Source: Terrimicrobiaceae bacterium (GTDB lineage Bacteria; Verrucomicrobiota; Verrucomicrobiia; Chthoniobacterales; Terrimicrobiaceae). Taken from it: a stretch of DNA of 10,677 bases. Positions 1-6,246 of this stretch are shown here, piece after piece. Made by a program: the position numbers and the translations under genes. Under the pieces are notes generated by a model. The model had not been told where the DNA came from. It ran no database searches and saw only the letters and a list, made by a program, of their open reading frames with translations. The stretch's first letter is position 1. Every line of letters begins with the position of its first letter. The DNA lies in contig JBGSVZ010000045.1 in assembly GCA_041752695.1 (NCBI GenBank), positions 1-10,677 on the forward strand, read 5' to 3'.

Positions 1-582
1 TACGATCAGTATGTCGGCAACATCAGCCAATGCGTTTCTGTCGATGTCGAATCCTGCGTCGCCGCGCTCCGAAAACTGGTGGAGTCGCGTTCGCTTCGAA
101 TGTCGATGGGAGCGGAGGCGCGGCGGCGCGCATGTGAGAAGTTCGACTGGCCCAAGATCATCCATGCATATCAAGAGCTTTGGCTGGAACTGCGTGCCCG
201 ACGTGCCTCAGTGGAACACCAAGATCATCACGCACCGCGCCAACACCCTTTGCGAGAAGATCCGTTCCTCGTTTTCGCCGACTATCCGACCTGCGCGCTC
301 GACCAAAACTGTGTTGTCGACTTGGGGCCGAACGCCGCGAGAGGACATCTTGAGCCATTGATGGCAATGGCGATGAATCACTTTGCCGGCCAAATCCTGA
401 GCACTCCGCGCGAGCTGTTCGATTTGCTTGCTGCCATCGCCGACGAGGCCCCTATTCTAGTGGGCGATTTACTCAAGCTGGTTCTCCCAAAGAATCGCGT
501 GCATGCTCTGCGAAGCTTGGCGTGGCTTGCGAAAATGGACGCCATTCGCATCGACGGAATCAACACCGGCCTTAGGGTTTAG
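1..582 (+). CDS. Glycosyltransferase family 4 (GT-B) protein, C-terminal part, 5'-truncated by the window edge
   Basis: Frame 1 is open from base 1 (YDQYVGNISQCVSVDVESCVAALRKLVESRSLRMSMGAEARRRACEKFDWPKIIHAYQELW...) to TAG at 580-582. LR..MG..AR.RA...FDW..I...Y..L is the typical GT4 C-terminal helix signature. Confidence 0.8.
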   Translation, partial: YDQYVGNISQCVSVDVESCVAALRKLVESRSLRMSMGAEARRRACEKFDWPKIIHAYQELWLELRARRASVEHQDHHAPRQHPLREDPFLVFADYPTCALDQNCVVDLGPNAARGHLEPLMAMAMNHFAGQILSTPRELFDLLAAIADEAPILVGDLLKLVLPKNRVHALRSLAWLAKMDAIRIDGINTGLRV

Positions 583-600
583 TAGTCGCGGTCCATTGCA

Positions 601-756
601 TCACCTTTGTGAGTCAACTAATGCCTTAACGGCCTTGCGAATCGGATCGGGAAGCGTGGCCCAAGCAGCCATGACCCGCTGCAGATCGGCGTCATTCAAC
701 GCCAATTCGAGCCATTGGAAGCGCCGAGAATGCAGCACATTTGCAGCGCGGCACAT
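601..756 (-). CDS. Small hypothetical protein (51 aa), possibly a remnant at the end of an integrative element
   Basis: Manual translation from ATG at 756 to TGA at 603-601: MCRAANVLHSRRFQWLELALNDADLQRVMAAWATLPDPIRKAVKALVDSQR. It is absent from the ORF track (shorter than any ORF listed). The D.DL..V..AW..LP..IR.A...LV pattern is protein-like; the start is uncertain. Confidence 0.5.
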   Translation of the reverse strand: MCRAANVLHSRRFQWLELALNDADLQRVMAAWATLPDPIRKAVKALVDSQR

Positions 757-758
757 TT
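731..758. repeat. Short direct repeats, candidate integrase arm-type sites
   Basis: TGCAGCAC (731-738) and TGCAGCGC (742-749); GCACATTT at 735-742 and 751-758. They lie 50-80 bp inside the tRNA fragment. Confidence 0.4.
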
Positions 759-809
759 CGCAATCGACGCAACTGCAAGAGTCGCAATTGCTTGACGCAG
801 AATGGGACT

Positions 810-833
810 CAGGTTCAAATCCTGTCGCCCCGA
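810..833 (+). mobile_element. tRNA-Pro 3' fragment (T-arm plus acceptor 3' strand), probable att site of a tRNA-integrated genomic island
   Basis: CAGG-TTCAAAT-CCTG-T-CGCCCCG-A is a T-stem/T-loop followed by an acceptor strand complementary to the CGGGGCG 5' end typical of tRNA-Pro. No 5' half (acceptor 5' strand, D-arm, anticodon arm) is present upstream. Confidence 0.8.
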
Positions 834-837
834 TTTT

Positions 838-1569
838 TCAGCTGAAGAGTTCGTGAGCCAGCACGCTCAGACAATACAGCGCGGCCGTCTCCGTCCGGAG
901 AATGATCGGCCCGAGCGTCACAGGCTGACACCCATGGCTCTTGGCCAAGGAGAGTTCCGCCGGCGTAAAATCCCCCTCGGGGCCAACCAGCACACAGACA
1001 CTGCGTGGAGCGGAAACCTCTGCAAGCACCGTCTTGATTTTGCGCGCATCGGGCTGGAGGGAGGCGATCAGCATGAGATCAAAACGTTCGCCGCCCTCAA
1101 AAAACGCCTTCACAGATTTCGGCTGGGTCACCTCGGGAATCCGGTTTTGACCGCATTGTTTACAAGCTTCCAGGGCGGTATCACGCCATTTGTCGCGCTT
1201 CTTTTCCGCCTCGGCGGCGTCGAGCTGCACAATGGTGCGATCCGAGATCAAGGGCGCGATGCGGGCCGCTCCCAGCTCCACGGACTTCTGGATAATGAAG
1301 TCCATATTTTTCCCCTTCGGCACGGCCTGAGCCAGGGTGATGGCGCAGGGAAGGGCCTGGGTCTTGCTGCGGGGCATCACTTTGAGCATGGCCCGCTTCC
1401 CCTCGACCCCGCTGATCTGCCCGGTCGCCTCCCCACCCTCACCGTCAAAAACGACCACCCGTTCCCCCACATCAAGGCGGAGAACATCCAGGGCGTGATG
1501 AGACTCCCCCGCGTCGAGCGTGGGAGAAGGGGAGTTCCATTCGGAAGGCGGAAGAAAAAATCGGTGCAT
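838..1569 (-). CDS. rsmE: 16S rRNA (uracil1498-N3)-methyltransferase RsmE
   Basis: MHRFF start, HHALDVLRL, K..NMDFIIQKSVELG, EACKQCGQ, VGPEGDF and LGPIILRTETAA motifs. Confidence 0.97.
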   Translation of the reverse strand: MHRFFLPPSEWNSPSPTLDAGESHHALDVLRLDVGERVVVFDGEGGEATGQISGVEGKRAMLKVMPRSKTQALPCAITLAQAVPKGKNMDFIIQKSVELGAARIAPLISDRTIVQLDAAEAEKKRDKWRDTALEACKQCGQNRIPEVTQPKSVKAFFEGGERFDLMLIASLQPDARKIKTVLAEVSAPRSVCVLVGPEGDFTPAELSLAKSHGCQPVTLGPIILRTETAALYCLSVLAHELFS

Positions 1570-1594
1570 GAGAGAAAGAACGAATGACGAAAAC

Positions 1595-2467
1595 CTAAGG
1601 ACGGAATTTTTGGAAGAGGTATTCCTCCAAGGCGATCTGCCACGGGCGCGGAATCCTTCCCGTAACGGAGGACAGTCTCGCGGTGTTCAGCGCCGTGTGC
1701 GGCGGCCGCGGCGCGACAAAAGCTTTTAAGGAAGAAAGGAGAATGGGTTCTACCATGCGGGTTTTTAACGCCGCCCCGGCCCGCCCGGCACAGTCAAGGG
1801 CATGCTGACCGTACTCCTGCCAGGTGCAGGATCCCCCATTGCAAGCATGGTAAAGGCCGCCGGGAAGATCCTGCTCCAAAAACGGCTCCAGCCAACCCGC
1901 CACGTCGTCGGCAAAAGTCGGCGAGGACGTCTTGTCGGCGATGGCCTCGACGCGATCCTGCGTCAGCGCACGCTCCACGATGGCATCGACGAAACTCGGT
2001 TTGTCCGGGCCAAAGACCCAGGACACCCGCACCACCAAATTCTGCGGAGAAACTGCCAGCGTGGCCTTCTCCCCGTCGAGTTTGGTCTGCCCGTAATGGC
2101 TGAGGGGCCTCGCCTCGTCGTCCTCGTCGTAGGGCGTATCTTTTTTGCCGTCGAAAACGTAATCGGTGCTGATGTGAAAAAACCGGGCGCCCTTCGCTGC
2201 CGCGACCTCCGCCATCAGTCCGGGCGCCCTCGCGTTGACCGTCTCCGCCTCCTCCCGGGCCGTTTCACAGCGATCCACATTGGTCAGGCCGGTGCCATTG
2301 ACCAGGACGTCAAAATCCGCCGCCTGCAGGACTTTCTCCAGCGCAGCGAGGTCGGCGACGTCGAGCTCCGGGCGGGCCAGAGTCGTGACGCCATGGTGCG
2401 GCGACCATTGGCGGGCCAGCGCGGCACCGAGGCGGCCCTTGCCCCCGAGAATCAGAATACGGCTCAC
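1595..2467 (-). CDS. rfbD: dTDP-4-dehydrorhamnose reductase
   Basis: ILILGGKGRLG Rossmann motif, TNVDRCE, HISTDYVFDG, YGQTK (YxxxK), SPTF and APRP motifs. Start placed at GTG 2467, which overlaps the rfbB stop (GTGA); 290 aa. Confidence 0.95.
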   Translation of the reverse strand: MSRILILGGKGRLGAALARQWSPHHGVTTLARPELDVADLAALEKVLQAADFDVLVNGTGLTNVDRCETAREEAETVNARAPGLMAEVAAAKGARFFHISTDYVFDGKKDTPYDEDDEARPLSHYGQTKLDGEKATLAVSPQNLVVRVSWVFGPDKPSFVDAIVERALTQDRVEAIADKTSSPTFADDVAGWLEPFLEQDLPGGLYHACNGGSCTWQEYGQHALDCAGRAGAALKTRMVEPILLSSLKAFVAPRPPHTALNTARLSSVTGRIPRPWQIALEEYLFQKFRP

Positions 2468-3444
2468 GGGCGGGCGAGGATCTTTTCCCACCAGGCGCGG
2501 TTGGCCAGATACCACTGGATGGTTTCGCGAATGCCCTCGCGCGGCGTGTGAATTGGCTTCCAATCCAGCTCGGAGTGAAGCTTGGAGGAATCAATCGCGT
2601 ACCGGCGGTCGTGGCCGAGGCGGTCCGTCACGTAGGTTATCAATTCGCGCGATTTTCCCAGGGTTTCCAGAATCAACTCCACCACCTCGATGTTGGGCAG
2701 TTCCGCATCCGCCCCCACATTGTAAACCTCGCCGGGTCTGCCATCGAGCAACACGGCCATGATGGCGCGGCAGTGGTCGTCCACGTGGATCCAGTCGCGG
2801 ACATTGAGGCCGTCGCCATAGACGGGAAGTTTTTTATCCGCCAGGGCGTTCGTGATCATCAACGGAATGAGTTTTTCGGGAAATTGATACGGACCGTAGT
2901 TGTTCGAGCACCGCGTGATCATGATCTCCTGACCAAACGTCCTGTGCGCGGCGAGCGCGAGCAAATCAGCCGCCGCCTTGCTCGCGGAATACGGGGAACT
3001 CGGATCGATGGGCGATTTTTCTGTAAAGCGCCCCTCCGCGCCCAGCGAGCCATACACCTCGTCCGTCGACACCTGCACAAATCGCTTCACGCCGTGACGC
3101 CGGGCCGTTTCCACCATCACTTCCGTGCCCACCACATTGGTATGCACAAAATTTCCCGGTGAGGTGATACTGCGATCCACATGCGACTCGGCGGCGAAAT
3201 TGATCACGGCGAAAAATTTGTGCTTCGCCATGATTTTTTCCATCGCGTCCCGGTCGGCAATATCGGCCTGGAAAAATTCATACCGGTCCCCGCACTGCTC
3301 GGCCACCCCGGCCAGATTGTCGGGATTGCCCGCGTACGTGAGGGCATCGACATTGGTGACAAATTCCGGCTGGTAATGTTCCAGCACGAAACGCACAAAA
3401 TTGCTGCCGATGAACCCGCAGCCGCCAGTGATCAGAAGACGCAT
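2464..3444 (-). CDS. rfbB: dTDP-glucose 4,6-dehydratase
   Basis: MRLLITGGCGFIGSN, DALTYAGN, NFAAESHVDRSI, STDEVYGSL, PSSPYSASK, CSNNYGPYQFPEKLIP and DRLGHDRRYAID. Start placed at ATG 3444; 326 aa. Confidence 0.97.
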   Translation of the reverse strand: MRLLITGGCGFIGSNFVRFVLEHYQPEFVTNVDALTYAGNPDNLAGVAEQCGDRYEFFQADIADRDAMEKIMAKHKFFAVINFAAESHVDRSITSPGNFVHTNVVGTEVMVETARRHGVKRFVQVSTDEVYGSLGAEGRFTEKSPIDPSSPYSASKAAADLLALAAHRTFGQEIMITRCSNNYGPYQFPEKLIPLMITNALADKKLPVYGDGLNVRDWIHVDDHCRAIMAVLLDGRPGEVYNVGADAELPNIEVVELILETLGKSRELITYVTDRLGHDRRYAIDSSKLHSELDWKPIHTPREGIRETIQWYLANRAWWEKILARP

Positions 3445-3479
3445 CCGCAGGATGTAACAAACCGCCTTCCCCCGCCGCA

Positions 3480-3836
3480 ATGAGGAAAGTTTTTTACCAA
3501 TGCCAGCGCTGCACGAACTGCTGCAAGTGGCCGGGCTTTGTCAAACTCACCGATTCCGACATTTCCGCCATCGCCGCCTTCCTCGGCCTCACGGAATCCG
3601 ACTTCATCCAATCCCACACCCGCCTGCGCCAGCACCGCGACGGCCTGGCCCTTATCGACAAACCCAATGGCGAATGCATTTTCCTCGAAGGACGCGACTG
3701 TCGTATCCAGGAAGTGAAACCTGGGCAGTGCAGCGGGTTTCCCAACACCTGGAATTTTCCCGGCTGGCGCGAGGTCTGCGAAGCCGTGGAAGTGACAACC
3801 GAACCTCAGACCCACCCGCAACCTCCCGAACAATAA
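3480..3836 (+). CDS. YkgJ family (CxxCxxCC) cysteine-cluster protein, putative zinc/iron-chelating
   Basis: CQRCTNCC, then CIFL...C.I.EVKPGQC..FP, the typical YkgJ/UPF0153 cysteine pattern. Confidence 0.9.
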   Translation: MRKVFYQCQRCTNCCKWPGFVKLTDSDISAIAAFLGLTESDFIQSHTRLRQHRDGLALIDKPNGECIFLEGRDCRIQEVKPGQCSGFPNTWNFPGWREVCEAVEVTTEPQTHPQPPEQ

Positions 3837-3862
3837 ATGTCCCACCTGGGACATTTATTGTT
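3829..3862. promoter_or_regulatory. Perfect inverted repeat (16-bp arms) with a parS-like core TGTCCCACCTGGGACA
   Basis: AACAATAAATGTCCCA-CC-TGGGACATTTATTGTT. The core (3838-3853) matches TGTTCCACGTGGAACA at 13/16 positions. The palindrome is directly visible; its function is inferred. Confidence 0.55.
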
Positions 3863-3960
3863 AACGAACCTGGACGTCCGGGCGTGAGGGGGAACGGCGA
3901 AGAGGGGGCAATTTTTCGGGATACAGCCGGGGCGGGCGGCGCGCGGGAGAGCTCGAAATC

Positions 3961-3989
3961 TTGACTCCCCGGCGTTTGCATGAGACTGT
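3961..3989 (+). promoter_or_regulatory. Putative sigma70-type promoter
   Basis: TTGACT (3961-3966), 17-bp spacer, GACTGT (3984-3989, conserved A and T positions), with TG at 3981-3982 as an extended -10 element. Confidence 0.45.
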
Positions 3990-3994
3990 CTTCA

Positions 3995-4041
3995 TAGGTG
4001 CCAAACCTAACCCTCGTCGCTTGCGGCGGGGGTTTCTTTTT
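3995..4041 (+). ncRNA. Candidate ~47-nt small RNA
   Basis: Starts about 6 nt after the putative -10. Hairpin TAGGT-GCCAA-ACCTA (3995-4009) is followed directly by a terminator. No credible plus-strand CDS lies downstream. Confidence 0.4.
4009..4041 (+). terminator. Intrinsic (Rho-independent) terminator
   Basis: AACCCTCGTCG-CTTG-CGGCGGGGGTT stem with two G-U pairs (which makes it plus-strand specific), followed by TCTTTTT. Confidence 0.8.
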
Positions 4042-4104
4042 GCCCGGATGTGGGAGAGTTGCGAGTCCCGCGCTTCGCAGCCTTTCGGAAAACCGCTGCG
4101 GGCC

Positions 4105-5295
4105 TCAGACCGCCGAGATGCTCAGATCGCGCTCGATGTCGGCCAGGACGATGTCGAGAGGCATCTGCACGGAATACCGGCAATACATCGTCTGGCCGGA
4201 GGCGAAGGACCCATTCTCGTAATACTTGTTCGCCGGGGCGCCGCCGCCGCAATAGCCGAAATACGCGCAGGTGTCCGCGCAGCGCTTCACTCCGGTCTGG
4301 ATGTCGGCAAGGACCTCGCGGAATTTCGCCGTCTCGAGCGTATCGACAAAGTCATCGCGCAGGACGTTGCCGAAGGAAAAGTCGCCATAGGGATTTACCG
4401 TCATCCCGAGCAACTCAGGCGAATAGGTGGAAAAGTTGCCCTCACAATCAACGTTCACAATCCCGAAGGGCCGCACCTGTTCGTTGATCCAGGGAAACGC
4501 CGCCCCACGGACGGAAAAGCCGGAGCGGATTTTTTCCTCCGCGCTGTCAAATTCCCGAATGAGGATGGTGCCGCGTTCCTTTTGCAGCCGGTAGATGGTT
4601 TCGTAAAACTCCCTCACCAGCGACTCGCGCGCGGCGCGGAGAGAGGAATTGGTGTGCCCGCATTCCTCTTCTTCGATGTTAAAACCCAGCTGGTCCACCC
4701 CTTCGGATTCGAAAAAATCGTAAATCTCCGCGGCTTGGTTGAGCGCTTCTCGGGTAATCACGGCGATAACGTGAAACGGAATGCCATTCTGCCGCAACAG
4801 GCGAAGTCCGCGAACGGCTTCGGCGTGCGTTCCTCGACCGGTTCGGGTCTGACGGTGCGCATCGTGCAGGGCGGCAGGGCCATCGATGCTCAGACCGATG
4901 CAGATTTCGTTCGCCTTGATGAAATCGCACCACTTTTGTGTCAGGAGCGTTCCATTGGATTGGAACGCGTGCCGGATCACGGCTCCGGGAGGCGCACTGG
5001 CCCGAACCGCGGCGAACGCCTCTTCATACCAAGCGATGGGAACGGCCAGGGGTTCCCCGGCATGCCAGATGAGCGAGAGCGTGTCCCGCACGAGACCGGA
5101 CGCATACGTCTTGGCAACTGCCTCTGTCAGCACCGGCATGGCCATCCGGCGTGTCGATGTGCGATTGGGCAGGTAACAGTAGTCGCAATTGATGTTACAA
5201 AACGGCGACGGCTGCAAAACCAGGATGGAAATCCAAGGCTCGGTCGGGGGCAGATTTTCCCCGTCGGGCAACGTGTTTTCTGCGGGCATGGTCAT
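4105..5295 (-). CDS. grrM: Cyclophane-forming radical SAM/SPASM peptide maturase, GrrM/OscB family (3-CyFE)
   Basis: LVLQPSPFCNINCDYCYLP (CxxxCxxC), WHAGEP, QSNGTLL, LSIDGP..HD..R, GFNIEEEE, G.FSTYSPELL and SPASM cysteines CADTCAYFGYCGGGAPANKY...TMYC. It lies 16 nt downstream of a WxN-repeat precursor. Start is ATG 5295 (or 5289); 396 aa. Confidence 0.9.
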   Translation of the reverse strand: MTMPAENTLPDGENLPPTEPWISILVLQPSPFCNINCDYCYLPNRTSTRRMAMPVLTEAVAKTYASGLVRDTLSLIWHAGEPLAVPIAWYEEAFAAVRASAPPGAVIRHAFQSNGTLLTQKWCDFIKANEICIGLSIDGPAALHDAHRQTRTGRGTHAEAVRGLRLLRQNGIPFHVIAVITREALNQAAEIYDFFESEGVDQLGFNIEEEECGHTNSSLRAARESLVREFYETIYRLQKERGTILIREFDSAEEKIRSGFSVRGAAFPWINEQVRPFGIVNVDCEGNFSTYSPELLGMTVNPYGDFSFGNVLRDDFVDTLETAKFREVLADIQTGVKRCADTCAYFGYCGGGAPANKYYENGSFASGQTMYCRYSVQMPLDIVLADIERDLSISAV

Positions 5296-5311
5296 CCCGC
5301 GCAGCGGAAAT

Positions 5312-5677
5312 TCAGCGATTGAACCAATTGCCCCACGGACCGTTACCCCAGCCGTTGCGCCAGTTGTTCCAGCCGCCATTGCGCCAATTGTTCCAGCGAC
5401 CGACACGTCCCACGCCATTGCGCCAGTTGAGCCAGCGAAGTTCACCAGCTTTGGCGGAATCAACCGCGGCTTGTCCGAGGACGGCATCGGGCGCTTGTCC
5501 GAGAGCGGATTCCGGAGCCCGCTCGGACATTTTATCATGCACGGCTTTAATTCGCGCTTCCAAGGAATTGAGTTCCGGTGCCTGGGCGGCCTGCGCACCG
5601 CTTCCAGAGGCCAGAAGACCGCCACCAGCCAGTGAGAGGAGGGCGGAAAGGGATTTGAGGATGGATTTGGTTTTCAC
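5312..5677 (-). CDS. grrA: RiPP precursor peptide, GrrA/OscA-type (triceptide), Gly/Trp/Asn-rich C-terminal core
   Basis: 121 aa from a GTG start: signal-like N-terminus, SLEARIKAV leader helix, and core WLNWRNGVGRVGRWNNWRNGGWNNWRNGWGNGPWGNWFNR, directly upstream of the rSAM/SPASM gene. Confidence 0.88.
   Translation of the reverse strand: MKTKSILKSLSALLSLAGGGLLASGSGAQAAQAPELNSLEARIKAVHDKMSERAPESALGQAPDAVLGQAAVDSAKAGELRWLNWRNGVGRVGRWNNWRNGGWNNWRNGWGNGPWGNWFNR
5315..5434 (-). repeat. Coding repeats of the precursor core (W-x-N x9)
   Basis: Plus-strand units TTGCGCCA(G/A)TTGTTCCAGC and TTGCGCCAGTTGAGCCAGC encode WNNWRN and WLNWRN. Confidence 0.9.
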
Positions 5678-5685
5678 AGTGCTGG

Positions 5686-6225
5686 TCAGAGTTCGGAAAC
5701 GGCTTCCCCGATGGATTTCTCTTCAACATCCGAGGCCTTTTTGGAGAGTTCGGAGTTGCTCATGATCAAGGTTCCTTCACCCGTGGCAGGATTTTCGGAA
5801 AAGTGGGCGAAGGCCGTCTTGCCTTCCCAGACGGTGTTGTCCGGATCAATCCGCTCCCCTTCGCCGAAGGCCGACGTGGCGATGGCCAGCAACTCAGCAG
5901 AATCCGCCTTGTCTTTGGTATAGAGAATCACCCCGAAAAATTTGCCGTCGTAAAATTCATAGACGATCTCCGAAAGGTCGGCTGGCCCGATGTCGAGATC
6001 GTCGTCCTTCTTCTTGCAGAGCTTCACCTTGCCCTGTTCGTCATCAACGGTGAGCCCGGAAAATTTGCCAAAATCCGTTCCGAAGGCCACGCCGCGAAAG
6101 CCGTTCAGCGAATCGAGGAAGGCAACCGAGCCGGGTTTCGTTTTTTCGGTGGGAGCGTCTTGCGCGATCACCGCTGAAGAAAAGACCAGCGATGCCGCCA
6201 GGCAGAGGAATGAGCTTCTTACCAT
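5686..6225 (-). CDS. Hypothetical secreted/periplasmic protein (179 aa)
   Basis: Sec-type signal MVRSSFLCLAASLVFSSAVIA|QD, then an acidic mature domain (NGFRGVAFG...IVYEFYDGKFFGV). Its stop is 8 nt before the precursor start. Confidence 0.85.
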   Translation of the reverse strand: MVRSSFLCLAASLVFSSAVIAQDAPTEKTKPGSVAFLDSLNGFRGVAFGTDFGKFSGLTVDDEQGKVKLCKKKDDDLDIGPADLSEIVYEFYDGKFFGVILYTKDKADSAELLAIATSAFGEGERIDPDNTVWEGKTAFAHFSENPATGEGTLIMSNSELSKKASDVEEKSIGEAVSEL

Positions 6226-6246
6226 GGATAAAAGAGGTTGACGCCG

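Noticed and set aside
760..836. Complete tRNA-Pro gene
   Set aside because: No CGGGGCG 5' acceptor strand, D-arm or anticodon stem upstream of the T-arm; only the 3' fragment is present.
2468..2563. N-terminal extensions in the ORF track for rfbD (to 2563), rfbB (to 3480) and ftsQ (to 9942)
   Set aside because: They overlap neighbouring genes. The coupled or motif-adjacent starts at 2467, 3444 and 9897 fit better.
4051..4100. Hairpins downstream of the rSAM stop (CGCAGC...GCTGCG; GGGA...TCCC) as a minus-strand terminator
   Set aside because: Short or imperfect stems with no following U-tract on the minus strand.
3961..5322. 453-aa plus-strand ORF
   Set aside because: Antisense shadow of the rSAM gene that runs through an intrinsic terminator and has no recognisable motifs.
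5315..5434. Repeats as a CRISPR array or non-coding tandem repeat
   Set aside because: The units are short, in frame and encode WxNWxN; there are no unique spacers or cas genes.
5296..5673. The rSAM reading frame stays open across the whole precursor gene (506-aa ORF call from 5625; possible frameshift fusion)
   Set aside because: The extension is the +1 shadow of the precursor and does not look like protein. Family-like sequence begins after ATG 5295, no convincing slippery site is evident, and open alternative frames are common at high GC.
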